From: Bacillota bacterium
GTDB lineage: Bacteria; Bacillota; DTU030
NCBI GenBank assembly: GCA_012523785.1
Contig: JAAYTH010000042.1
Span: 1 to 37,810, forward strand
Reading direction: 5' to 3'
Length of the DNA: 37,810 nt
Made by a program: the position numbers and the translations under genes. Positions within the stretch are counted from its first letter, which is position 1. Every line of letters starts with the position of its first letter. Below the pieces are notes generated by a model. That model was not told the origin of the DNA. It worked only from the letters and a program-made list of their open reading frames with translations, and searched no databases. Of the stretch, positions 8,652 through 17,679 are shown one piece after another.

Positions 8652-9566
8652 GTGTCGCTAAAAGTGGAAAAATGGATTCAGCTATTCTGCACACATCTGC
8701 AGAAAGAAAAAAATTATTCTAGCCACACAGTTGTTGCCTACCGCAATGATCTCTATCAATTTTTGCGCTTCCAGCAAGAATGGCCGGGCAAAGACTGGAC
8801 TAAAACCGATAATATGCTGCTCCGCAGTTATTTGGTCCACATGATGGAGGGTAAATACGAACGTTCGTCTATTGCTCGAAAACTTGCTGCCCTACGTTCC
8901 TTTTTTTCTTTTTTGCAAAGGGAAGGTGTTCTCTCTAGCAATCCGGCCACAGAGATAAGATCACCAAAACAGAGTAAAAAACTACCACGTTTTCTCCACC
9001 AGCAGGAGGTACAATGCTTACTATCAGCGCCGTCTGCAGACACCCCCTTGGGCCAAAGGGACAGGGCCATTTTAGAAGTACTATATGCATCCGGGCTTAG
9101 GGCCAATGAATTAGCGGGTTTACAGCTTGCTGATTTGGATTTTACGAAAAAAGAAATACGCATTTTGGGCAAGGGCAATAAAGAAAGGCTTGTTCCCTTT
9201 GGCAGTAAGGCCCAAAATGCTCTAAACCTTTATCTTAATGGCGGGCGGCGCGAACTACTGACCCGGGGTGGTAAGCACATAAAAAATAATAATACTGTGT
9301 TTTTAAATTATCGGGGTGGAAAACTATCGGTGCGCAGCATCAGGCGGATATTGGCCAAATATGTAAAACAACTGGCCCTGGCCGATGGCATAAGCCCCCA
9401 CAGTATTCGGCATACCTTTGCTACCCACCTTTTGGAGGCCGGAGCGGACCTACGCAGTATACAAGAATTATTGGGTCACGTTAGTATCTCAACAACCCAA
9501 ATATACACCCATGTTTCCCGGAAACGATTACGGGCTGTTTACCAGGAAAGCCATCCCAGAGCATAA
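8652..9566 (+). CDS. xerC: Tyrosine recombinase XerC (CodV)
   Basis: RDRAILEVLYASGLR, GKGNKER, PHSIRHTFATHLL, LLGH..ISTTQIYTH and terminal HPRA; first gene of the cod operon. The start is uncertain because the RBS is weak. Confidence 0.93.
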   Translation: MSLKVEKWIQLFCTHLQKEKNYSSHTVVAYRNDLYQFLRFQQEWPGKDWTKTDNMLLRSYLVHMMEGKYERSSIARKLAALRSFFSFLQREGVLSSNPATEIRSPKQSKKLPRFLHQQEVQCLLSAPSADTPLGQRDRAILEVLYASGLRANELAGLQLADLDFTKKEIRILGKGNKERLVPFGSKAQNALNLYLNGGRRELLTRGGKHIKNNNTVFLNYRGGKLSVRSIRRILAKYVKQLALADGISPHSIRHTFATHLLEAGADLRSIQELLGHVSISTTQIYTHVSRKRLRAVYQESHPRA

Positions 9567-9605
9567 CTGGACGAAGAAAAAGGACTTAAGGGAGTGTAGG
9601 TATTA

Positions 9606-10133
9606 GTGCATGCAACCACCATTTTAGCAGTACAGCGTGGGGGAAAGGTTGCCATTGCTGGCGATGGCCAGGTTACCCTGGGGAATAATATAATTATGAA
9701 ACATGGTGCTAACAAGATCAGACGCCTTTATAACGATAAGGTTTTGGCCGGATTTGCCGGTTCTGTTGCCGATGCCATAACCTTATTTGAAAAATTTGAA
9801 GGCAAATTGGAAGCATTCCAGGGTAATCTGATTCGTGCTGCAGTTGAAATGGCAAAGGAATGGCGTATGGATAAGGTACTGCGCCGCTTGGAGGCAATGT
9901 TAATTGTCGCTGACAAAAAACATCTACTTATAGTCTCTGGAAAGGGTGAAGTCATTGAACCAGACCAGGGGGTTGCGGCCATAGGTTCGGGAGGGCCCTA
10001 TGCATTGGCTGCAGCCAGGGCCCTCATGGAGCATAGCCAGCTCCCGGCCTTGGAAATTGCCCGGACAGCCCTTTTAATTGCCAGCGAAATTTGCGTTTAT
10101 ACCAATGATAATATTTCCTTGGAGGAACTATAG
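9606..10133 (+). CDS. hslV: ATP-dependent protease peptidase subunit HslV (ClpQ/CodW)
   Basis: ATTILAV N-terminal Thr nucleophile, [22 protein letters not shown] and ICVYTN. Confidence 0.97.
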   Translation: MHATTILAVQRGGKVAIAGDGQVTLGNNIIMKHGANKIRRLYNDKVLAGFAGSVADAITLFEKFEGKLEAFQGNLIRAAVEMAKEWRMDKVLRRLEAMLIVADKKHLLIVSGKGEVIEPDQGVAAIGSGGPYALAAARALMEHSQLPALEIARTALLIASEICVYTNDNISLEEL

Positions 10134-10136
10134 GGA

Positions 10137-11555
10137 GTGGTAGAGTTGGAGGACCTTACACCGAAAAATATTGTCTCCCATCTGGATAAGTATATTATCG
10201 GCCAAGAAAAAGCGAAACGATCGGTGGCAGTTGCCCTGCGCAACCGCTATCGCCGCAGCAAACTGGCTGAGGATTTGCGCGATGAGGTTGTACCTAAAAA
10301 CATCTTGTTAATCGGCCCCACGGGTGTGGGGAAAACCGAGATTGCCCGCCGCTTGGCCCGAATGGTTCAAGCACCTTTTATTAAAGTTGAAGCCACAAAA
10401 TTTACAGAAGTTGGGTATGTGGGCCGGGATGTGGAAACAATCATCCGAGAATTGGTCGAAACATCAGTCCGTATGGTCAAACAGGAAAGAATGGCTGCTG
10501 TTGAAAAAGAAGCTGAAAGGCTTGCAACAGAACGCCTTCTTGATATATTGTCACCCCTGCCGAAGAAAACCTCCCCCAGTGTCAATCCCCTCAGTGCCTT
10601 ACTTGGTATACCAGATAAACATCAACCAGAAATAGGGCAGGAAAAAGAGAATCAGCATGAAGAACAACTCGCCCGGGCTCGGAAAATAAGGAAAATACTG
10701 CGACAGCGTCTGCAAAGGAGGGAATTGGAAGACGAGTTGGTTGAAATAGAGGTTGAAGAAAATAATATCCCGTTCTTCGATTTATTTTCCGGGGCTGGAG
10801 AAGAAATAGGTGTTAATTTTCAAGAATTATTGGGAGGGATGTTGCCAAAAAAGAAAAAGAAACGTCGTGTAACTTTAAAGGTAGCTCGCCGTCTGTTGTC
10901 ACAAGAAGAAGCCGCCAAAATGATTGATATGGATGAAGTGACTTCTGAGGGCATCCGGCGCACTGAAGAGATGGGAATAGTTTTTATTGATGAGATGGAC
11001 AAAATAGCAGGTAAGGAAATAGGTTCCGGGCCCGCTGTTTCCCGCGAGGGTGTGCAGAGAGATATCTTGCCAATTGTCGAAGGTTCTACCGTTGTTACAA
11101 AATATGGTCCTGTGAAAACTGATCATATTCTCTTTATTGCGGCAGGCGCCTTCCATGTCTCCAAGCCTTCGGACCTTATTCCTGAACTACAGGGGCGTTT
11201 CCCACTGCGGGTTGAATTGAATAGCTTATCTAAGGACGATTTTGTCCAGATATTAACTAAACCGAAAAATGCCCTTTTAAAACAATACCAGGCCTTATTA
11301 GAAACTGAAGGAATAAAACTCCATTTTACAGCAGATGCTATAGAAGAAATAGCGGGCTTGGCAAACCAAATAAATGAGCAAGCAGAAAATATCGGTGCCC
11401 GCCGTCTCCATACTATTATGGAGCGGCTGCTGGAAGATATATCTTTTTCTGCTTCGGAGTATGTGGGGGGCGTGCTGGAGATTGATGCCGCATATGTTCA
11501 AGAACAGCTTGAAGAAATAGTAAAGGATCGAGATCTTAGCCGTTACATTTTATAA
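10137..11555 (+). CDS. hslU: ATP-dependent protease ATPase subunit HslU (ClpY/CodX)
   Basis: [49 protein letters not shown] and DLSRYIL tail. Confidence 0.97.
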   Translation: MVELEDLTPKNIVSHLDKYIIGQEKAKRSVAVALRNRYRRSKLAEDLRDEVVPKNILLIGPTGVGKTEIARRLARMVQAPFIKVEATKFTEVGYVGRDVETIIRELVETSVRMVKQERMAAVEKEAERLATERLLDILSPLPKKTSPSVNPLSALLGIPDKHQPEIGQEKENQHEEQLARARKIRKILRQRLQRRELEDELVEIEVEENNIPFFDLFSGAGEEIGVNFQELLGGMLPKKKKKRRVTLKVARRLLSQEEAAKMIDMDEVTSEGIRRTEEMGIVFIDEMDKIAGKEIGSGPAVSREGVQRDILPIVEGSTVVTKYGPVKTDHILFIAAGAFHVSKPSDLIPELQGRFPLRVELNSLSKDDFVQILTKPKNALLKQYQALLETEGIKLHFTADAIEEIAGLANQINEQAENIGARRLHTIMERLLEDISFSASEYVGGVLEIDAAYVQEQLEEIVKDRDLSRYIL

Positions 11556-11576
11556 CATGTTTGGGAGGAATATAGT

Positions 11577-12350
11577 ATGTCACTGTTGGAAAAAACTCGC
11601 CGCGTAAATAAACTATTGCAAAAAAGTGCCGGTTACCCAGTGGATTTTGAAGAAATATGCATTGTGCTGAGTGAACTTGTCAATGGTAATATCTATGTGA
11701 TCAGTCGTCGGGGGAAGATCTTGGGCAAAGCTCTACTAGAAGGGTACGAATGTGACGTGCTGGAAGAGGATATTATCCAAGCTGGTAAATTCTCACCCAA
11801 GTACAATAATCAACTGCTACAGATATTTGAAACTAGTGCCAACATTAAACAGGCTGACCAGTGTGTCCTTGATGGCGGAATAGAATGTATGTTCCCTTCC
11901 CAAATGCTAACCATTGTACCCATCAATGGGGCCGGTGAGCGCTTGGGGACATTAATATTATCCAAGCAACAGGGAAATTTTACTGAAGATGATCTTGTGT
12001 TGGCTGAATACAGTGCTACGGTGGTAGGAATGGAAATAATAAAATCGAAATCTGAGGAAATTGAAGAAGAAGCCCGGAAGAAGGCTGCAGTGCAAATAGC
12101 CATTGAAACCCTTTCCTATTCAGAATTAGAAGCCGTTTTGCACATATTCGAAGAGCTCAAGGGAGATGAGGGGTTATTGGTAGCCAGTAGAATTGCCGAC
12201 CGGGTCGGTATCACCCGTTCAGTCATTGTCAATGCTCTGCGGAAGTTTGAAAGTGCCGGTGTTATTGAATCCCGATCCCTGGGTATGAAGGGAACCTATA
12301 TCAAGGTATTAAACGACCGTCTGTTGGCGGAACTGAAAAAGATTAAGTAG
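11577..12350 (+). CDS. codY: GTP/branched-chain amino acid-sensing repressor CodY
   Basis: [12 protein letters not shown], a GAF domain and the [41 protein letters not shown]. Confidence 0.98.
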   Translation: MSLLEKTRRVNKLLQKSAGYPVDFEEICIVLSELVNGNIYVISRRGKILGKALLEGYECDVLEEDIIQAGKFSPKYNNQLLQIFETSANIKQADQCVLDGGIECMFPSQMLTIVPINGAGERLGTLILSKQQGNFTEDDLVLAEYSATVVGMEIIKSKSEEIEEEARKKAAVQIAIETLSYSELEAVLHIFEELKGDEGLLVASRIADRVGITRSVIVNALRKFESAGVIESRSLGMKGTYIKVLNDRLLAELKKIK

Positions 12351-12387
12351 AATATTGCTTTGCTGTAACCACCCAACGGCAACCATT

Positions 12388-12468
12388 ATTGTCATCCTAA
12401 GGGAAGCGGGGGAGCCTCACGAAATAGAATGTAAAAATCCCCCGGCTAGGTGCCCTTAGGATGACAAT
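12388..12468. repeat. 81-bp palindromic element with perfect 16-bp terminal inverted repeats (REP/MITE-like)
   Basis: ATTGTCATCCTAAGGG (12388-12403) and CCCTTAGGATGACAAT (12453-12468); nested inner stem CGGGGGA (12407-12413) / TCCCCCG (12438-12444). Confidence 0.85.
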
Positions 12469-12508
12469 TAAGACCACCTATAAATTTTTAGCATCCTATG
12501 CTTTGTTT

Positions 12509-12534
12509 TTGTTACTAGGACCTAGTAGTAACAA
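12509..12534. promoter_or_regulatory. Operator-like dyad upstream of the flagellar promoter
   Basis: TTGTTACTA-N8-TAGTAACAA, a perfect 9-bp inverted repeat. Confidence 0.4.
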
Positions 12535-12597
12535 TTTGCAAATAACACTAGGAAACTACAAAAAAGGTAATATTGGCAGAAAATATTTCCATCTCAG

Positions 12598-12625
12598 GTA
12601 GGAAAAAGAAGGTGTGATGTAGAAC
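12598..12625 (+). promoter_or_regulatory. sigmaH-like promoter of the fla/che operon
   Basis: GTAGGAAAA-N12-GTAGAAC versus RNAGGAWWW-N11/12-RNNGAAT; ends about 35 nt before the riboswitch. Confidence 0.55.
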
Positions 12626-12659
12626 TATAAGATATCAACGGTAAATATACTCTTGTTGT

Positions 12660-12744
12660 ATCCCTGCCGGGGCAAACCTAGGGTGACCTAGGGGCGCAAA
12701 GCCATTGGATCTTGGTTGACCAAGATAGCCAGGTTGCCGGGGAT
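12660..12744 (+). ncRNA. c-di-GMP-I (GEMM-I) riboswitch aptamer
   Basis: P1 ATCCCTG/CGGGGAT; GGGCAAA; P2 CCTAGG-GTGA(GNRA)-CCTAGG; GGCGCAAAGCC junction; P3 hairpin ATCTTGG-TTGA-CCAAGAT; AGCCAGGTTGCC; located in the 5' leader of flgB. Confidence 0.93.
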
Positions 12745-12748
12745 TTAA

Positions 12749-12780
12749 CCCCGGTAATATCTACCGGGGCTGTTTATTAT
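12749..12780 (+). terminator. Riboswitch expression-platform terminator
   Basis: CCCCGGTA-ATATC-TACCGGGG 8-bp stem followed by CTGTTTATTAT (imperfect U tract). Confidence 0.7.
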
Positions 12781-12808
12781 CACTGAATGTGACAAGGGGG
12801 AGAGATAT

Positions 12809-13198
12809 ATGCCTATTTGGGGGAGGGGAAACAATATAGACCTGCTGGGACAAGCCCTTGATTATGCTAGTCTTCGCCATCGCCTTCTAGCAGACAATAT
12901 TGCTAATGTGGAAACACCAGGCTACAAGCGCAAAGATGCTAATTTTAGCGCCTACTATCGCGCTGCTCTAGGGGCTAAGGTAACACATCCCGGCCATATA
13001 GCCATCAGCCCCAGATCCACTGCTATTTTAGATTCGGTTTTACCAAATAGTACTGCTAGAAATGATAACAACAATGTGGATATTGATCTGGAGATGGCGG
13101 AGCTGGCAAGAAATACCCTTTATTATCGAAGCCTCACTAGGCAAATATCCCAATCCTTAGCCAACTTAAAAATGGCAATCAGTGAAGGGAGGCGATAA
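12809..13198 (+). CDS. flgB: Flagellar basal-body rod protein FlgB
   Basis: LADNIANVETPGYKRKD and RNDNNNVDIDLEM. Confidence 0.96.
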   Translation: MPIWGRGNNIDLLGQALDYASLRHRLLADNIANVETPGYKRKDANFSAYYRAALGAKVTHPGHIAISPRSTAILDSVLPNSTARNDNNNVDIDLEMAELARNTLYYRSLTRQISQSLANLKMAISEGRR

Positions 13199-13641
13199 TG
13201 GTGAGTCTGTTTTCCGGTTTTAATATTAGTGCTTCTGGGATGACAGCCCAACGTCTACGCATGGATCTGATAGCCAACAATCTGGCCAATGCCACTACCA
13301 CCCGCACTAAGGATGGTGGGCCTTATCAGCGACAGGTGCCTGTCTTCGCCCAAAGGGATGCCACACCTTTTTTACCTGCTGCCTTAATTGCAGACTTCAA
13401 TAAGCGGACAGCCGGTGGGGTCAAAGTCGAGGCAATAATAAAAGATCCGACACCTCCCCGGCGTGTTTTCAACCCAGACCATCCCGATGCTGGTGAAGAT
13501 GGTTATGTAGCCTTTCCCAATGTAAATGTGGTTATGGAAATGACGGATCTTCTAGCCGCCAGCCGGGCCTATGAGGCTAATGTAACAGCCTTTGATGCTG
13601 TAAAAACAATGGCCAACCTGGCACTGGAAATAGGCCGTTAA
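13198..13641 (+). CDS. flgC: Flagellar basal-body rod protein FlgC
   Basis: ISASGMTAQRLRMDLIANNLANA, PDHPDA..DGYV..PNVN and SRAYEAN. Confidence 0.97.
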   Translation: MVSLFSGFNISASGMTAQRLRMDLIANNLANATTTRTKDGGPYQRQVPVFAQRDATPFLPAALIADFNKRTAGGVKVEAIIKDPTPPRRVFNPDHPDAGEDGYVAFPNVNVVMEMTDLLAASRAYEANVTAFDAVKTMANLALEIGR

Positions 13642-13805
13642 TATCCTTTTGCACCTCCAATAATTTGCTATATGCAATGTGTCAACCGTCTTCATCAGTA
13701 CAGAGCAAAAAATGGGATGGCCGTAATTATGGTAAGCAACGACAATTATACAATTAGGGAAGGGGACAATTGGCCGTTGTAGAGTACTAGGGAGGAGGGG
13801 AGAAG

Positions 13806-14129
13806 ATGCAGGTAGTCAATCAAGTACCCGGAGGGAAAATTAGTATATCACTTAATAAATCTCCCTCAGCCGATGCAGATATTAGTACAGGCAAGACTGA
13901 AATACCATCCTTTGCCGATATGTTGCGGGAATCCATTGATAAAACTAATCTCCTACAGCACGAGGCTGACATGCTGAATAAAAACCTGGCCCTGGGAAAG
14001 GCCGAAGTTGAAGACCTGCACCAAGTGGTTTTGGCTGGAGAAAAAGCAGAGCTATCATTACTGCTGACAGTTCAGATCCGCAATAAGGTAATAGAAGCCT
14101 ACCAGGAACTTATGCGAATGCAGGTATAG
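13806..14129 (+). CDS. fliE: Hook-basal body complex protein FliE
   Basis: SFADML, DLHQVV and QIRNKVIEAYQELMRMQV. Confidence 0.96.
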   Translation: MQVVNQVPGGKISISLNKSPSADADISTGKTEIPSFADMLRESIDKTNLLQHEADMLNKNLALGKAEVEDLHQVVLAGEKAELSLLLTVQIRNKVIEAYQELMRMQV

Positions 14130-14243
14130 GTAAAGGGGTATAATTGCCTTTCCCTGTGCTCAGGATGGAAAATTTGTTACTACCTGACTAGATCAGCGGG
14201 GTATTAGTTATAAAGGTATCTAAATATGCTGCAAACCTTCTTA

Positions 14244-14354
14244 GTTGTCAACCTGAGGGCATCGCCTGCAGGATCCCTTAAACCTTCTTCCTGCAAGGGC
14301 CAAAAACCTCCGCTTCACTCCCTCCGCTGCGCCTTGGGCCGATAGGATGACAGC
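14244..14354. repeat. Second, degenerate member of the GTCATCCT...AGGATGAC palindromic family
   Basis: Ends are GTTGTCAACCT / AGGATGACAGC. The left end TTGTCAACCTGAGGGCATC matches the reverse complement of the right arm of the 12388-12468 element (TTGTCATCCTAAGGGCACC) at 16 of 19 positions. Confidence 0.6.
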
Positions 14355-14425
14355 AGGAAATATCAATTTGGTAGTAATGAAAACTTTTAGTCTAAATATA
14401 TAGTCGAGTAACGGGGTGGAAGAGG

Positions 14426-15946
14426 ATGGCAAGTCTTCCGGAAATTAGGGAGCAAATTAATCACTTTTGGAATAATATGGAACGAAACAATAAAATTAAA
14501 CTTGCGCTCATACTGGTGGCTGCTTTATTGTTAATACTCGTCCTTGTATTCATAACTAAACCCCGGTATGAAGTGCTTTTTGCTAACTTGTCCGCGGAAG
14601 ATGCGGGGGAAATTACTAGCCGGCTGGAAGAAATGGATATTTCTTACCAGCTAACCGACGATGGCAGCAGCATCCTGGTACCCAAGGATAAAGTTTACAG
14701 TGTCCGGAATAATCTTGCCATGGATGGCATCCCCCGGGGTGGCGTAGTGGGTTTCGGTGTCTTCGATGAAACAAGATTGGGAACTACCGAATTTGAGCGT
14801 CGAGTTCAATATCGCCGTGCAATCCAAGGTGAATTAACACGTACAATTACCGCCATGGCCGGGATCAAAAATGCATGGGTCCAAATTAGCATACCCGAGC
14901 CGCGGCTGTATTTATCCCAGGAGGAAAAGGCGACGGGTGCTATACTACTGGAAACCATAGGCGAGTTGCGTCCTGAACAGGTGCGGGGTATTGTCCATCT
15001 GGTTTCCCACAGTGTGGAAGGATTGGACACCGAACAGATAACAGTTGTCGATACCAGGGGACAAGTCCTTTCCCAAGATTTAAGCCCCAATAGTAATCTG
15101 GGCCTGACATCTAGCCAATTTGATATTCAACGACGGACAGAAAGGGAACTAGAGCAGGGATTGCGGACCATGCTGGAAATGGTCATAGGCATGGGCAAGG
15201 TAGTTACAAAAGTTAAAGCAGAAATTAACTTTGACCAAACAGAGGTAACCACTCAGCTTTTTGAACCAACTGAAAGTGGTGAAGGTATTATCCGCAGTAT
15301 GCAAGAATTAGAACGTTCCTTCCACGGGGAAGGGGGGACGGGGGGTGTCCCGGGAACTGATGCTAATATTCCCGGAAGCGGTATCCCCACCTATCAGGAA
15401 GGTGGAGAAGGGGAGTCTGAATACTACGAGCGGGAAATAACCACAAATTATGATATAACAGAAATACATGAACACCGGGTCATAGCCCCGGGGCAGATAA
15501 GGCGATTGTCGGTGGCAGTGCTCATTGATGAGAATGAATTGACTTTAGAGCAAAGGTTAGCCATAGAGGATACTGTTAGTGCAGCCGTTGGTCTAGACTT
15601 TTCCCGGGGTGACCAAATTACGGTGGCAAGCATTCCCTTTGCCGACAGCCCCTTTGTGGACCTAGATGATTTGATCGAAATCAAAAAACCATATCCTTTT
15701 TGGTTGTATCTTTTGGGGGCTGGGCTACTATTGGCTAGTGGATTTTTGCTCTACCGTTACCTGCAGCGGCGACGTCAAGTGGATGATTATAAGGCAGTTT
15801 TGGAAGAAGTAGCCGCTGTGCAGGTGGAAGAAGAGGATGAGGAGGCTGCTGAACGGAAACAGCTTCTTGAACAGGTCGGGCGTCTAATACGACAACAGCC
15901 AGAAACTGTAGCCCAACTGTTGAGCACCTGGATGGCTGAAGATTAG
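14426..15946 (+). CDS. fliF: Flagellar M-ring protein FliF
   Basis: Two TM segments, GF.VFD...LGTTEFE, RAIQGELTRTI, GQIRRLSVAV, RGDQITV and C-terminal LLSTWM. Confidence 0.96.
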   Translation: MASLPEIREQINHFWNNMERNNKIKLALILVAALLLILVLVFITKPRYEVLFANLSAEDAGEITSRLEEMDISYQLTDDGSSILVPKDKVYSVRNNLAMDGIPRGGVVGFGVFDETRLGTTEFERRVQYRRAIQGELTRTITAMAGIKNAWVQISIPEPRLYLSQEEKATGAILLETIGELRPEQVRGIVHLVSHSVEGLDTEQITVVDTRGQVLSQDLSPNSNLGLTSSQFDIQRRTERELEQGLRTMLEMVIGMGKVVTKVKAEINFDQTEVTTQLFEPTESGEGIIRSMQELERSFHGEGGTGGVPGTDANIPGSGIPTYQEGGEGESEYYEREITTNYDITEIHEHRVIAPGQIRRLSVAVLIDENELTLEQRLAIEDTVSAAVGLDFSRGDQITVASIPFADSPFVDLDDLIEIKKPYPFWLYLLGAGLLLASGFLLYRYLQRRRQVDDYKAVLEEVAAVQVEEEDEEAAERKQLLEQVGRLIRQQPETVAQLLSTWMAED

Positions 15947-15959
15947 GAGGGTAGTGAAT

Positions 15960-16970
15960 ATGGCCCGCCGTAGTTTATCGGGAAAAGAAAAGGCTGCAGT
16001 TGCTTTAATCACCTTGGGCCCGGAGCTGTCTGCCGAGGTGTTTAAACACCTGCGGGAGGATGAAATTGAAGAACTGACATTAGAAATAGCCAGCATGCGT
16101 AAGGTTGACCCGGAGCAAAAGGATGATGTTCTGGGCGAATTGTATAATATGTATTTGGCCCAGGAATACATTGCCCAAGGGGGTATCGAATATGCCCGGG
16201 AGATTTTGGAAAGGGCCCTGGGCAACCAAAAGGCCATGAGTATTATTGACAGGTTGACCTCATCCCTGCAGGTTAAACCCTTTGAGTTTATCCGCACCAC
16301 AGATCCGGAACAACTGTTAACCTTTATTCAAGGTGAACATACGCAAACCATCGCCTTGATTTTGGCTTTTCTCCGACCTGAACAGGCGGGGACTATCCTA
16401 GCCGCCCTTCCACCGGAAAAACAGGTGGATGTAACAAAACGAATGGCCCTGATGGAAGGTACTTCCCCGGAAATAATACAAGAGATAGAAAAGGTGCTAG
16501 AAGATAAATTATCTGACCTGGTGGGTCAAGATTCCACCCGGGTTGGAGGGGTAGAAGCCCTGGTCGAAGTATTAAACCAAGTCGATAGGGCTACTGAAAA
16601 AACTATTTTGGAAAATTTGGAGGAACATGAGCCGGAACTGGCCGATGAAATCAAACGACTGCTCTTCACCTTTGAAGATATTATCCAGTTAGACAATAGG
16701 GCGGTAATGAGGGTTTTGAGGGAGGTTGACTTAGGCAACGATCTTCCCCTGGCCCTAAAAGTTGCCAGTGAAAGTGTCAAAGATAAAATTTTTACCAACA
16801 TGTCCAAACGAGCAGTGGAGACATTGCAGGAAGAAATGGAATACCTGGGCCCTGTCCGGCTGCGGGATGTGGAAGATGCCCAACAGCGAATCGTCAATAC
16901 CATTCGCAAGCTGGAAGAAGTGGGTGAAGTTATAATTATCCGGGGCGGGGAGGATGAAATCGTTGTCTAG
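15960..16970 (+). CDS. fliG: Flagellar motor switch protein FliG
   Basis: KAAVALITLG, GGIEYA, EHTQTIA, LFTFED and GPVRLRDVEDAQ; ATG 15960 fits the AGGAGG spacing. Confidence 0.97.
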   Translation: MARRSLSGKEKAAVALITLGPELSAEVFKHLREDEIEELTLEIASMRKVDPEQKDDVLGELYNMYLAQEYIAQGGIEYAREILERALGNQKAMSIIDRLTSSLQVKPFEFIRTTDPEQLLTFIQGEHTQTIALILAFLRPEQAGTILAALPPEKQVDVTKRMALMEGTSPEIIQEIEKVLEDKLSDLVGQDSTRVGGVEALVEVLNQVDRATEKTILENLEEHEPELADEIKRLLFTFEDIIQLDNRAVMRVLREVDLGNDLPLALKVASESVKDKIFTNMSKRAVETLQEEMEYLGPVRLRDVEDAQQRIVNTIRKLEEVGEVIIIRGGEDEIVV

Positions 16971-17679
16971 GGTAATTAAAGGTGTCCGGGTGATGACCAG
17001 GGCCTCTACCATCGGACAAAAACAACAAAAACCTAATACTATTAAGACTGATAAGGCTATCCCCCAAGATATCAAACAGCGAATACTGACTAAGCACATT
17101 ATATCCAATGCCGAAAACAAAGCAGCCGCATTGCTCTACGCCGCCCAGGAACAAAGCCGTTCCATATTGGAGGAAGCCGCCTCGGAGGCCAAGGCAATAA
17201 AAGAAAAGGCCCACTCTGAAGGCTATACCCGGGGTTACCAGGAGGGAAAAAAAGAGGCCCTTAACCTTAAAAAAGAAGCAGATATCATGTTAAAGAATGC
17301 CCGGCTGGAAAGGAAAAATATTATTGACTCTGCGGAACCCGAAATTATTACCCTGGCCTTACAAATGGCGGAAAAAATAGTGCACCGGGAATTGACCCTT
17401 GATAAATCCCTTCTATTGGCTATGCTCAGGGGGCTAAAAGCAGAGACCTTAGGCAATGGGGTCGTGATTCGAATTAACCCGGAGTTCCTACCAGTTATAC
17501 AGGCCCGGGAAAGTGAACTGCTACATATTTTCCCCCAGGGAGGCTATAGACTGGAACCCGACCCTAGGGTGGAACAGGGGGTTATCCTGGAAACTGAAAT
17601 GGGAACTATTGATGCAACGGTTACAGCTCAATTAGAAGAATTGGAAAAGGTTTTAAAAGAAGTGATGCCCAATGGCTAG
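16963..17679 (+). CDS. fliH: Flagellar export protein FliH
   Basis: AxxxGxxxGxxxG repeat (AHSEGYTRGYQEG), GVILETEMGTIDAT and position between fliG and fliI. TTG 16963 preferred by RBS spacing. Confidence 0.9.
   Translation: MSRVIKGVRVMTRASTIGQKQQKPNTIKTDKAIPQDIKQRILTKHIISNAENKAAALLYAAQEQSRSILEEAASEAKAIKEKAHSEGYTRGYQEGKKEALNLKKEADIMLKNARLERKNIIDSAEPEIITLALQMAEKIVHRELTLDKSLLLAMLRGLKAETLGNGVVIRINPEFLPVIQARESELLHIFPQGGYRLEPDPRVEQGVILETEMGTIDATVTAQLEELEKVLKEVMPNG

Noticed and set aside
8652-9566. Tyrosine recombinase as the integrase of a mobile element
   Set aside because: It sits in the housekeeping xerC-hslVU-codY context with no att repeats or cargo genes.
10843-10870. A-rich run encoding PKKKKKRR in hslU as a slippage or phase-variation site
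   Set aside because: The run is interrupted by G and the frame is intact; basic stretches are normal in the HslU I domain.
14241-14432. 63-aa minus-strand ORF in the fliE-fliF spacer
   Set aside because: It runs through the decayed palindromic repeat and overlaps the fliF start; no protein-like features.
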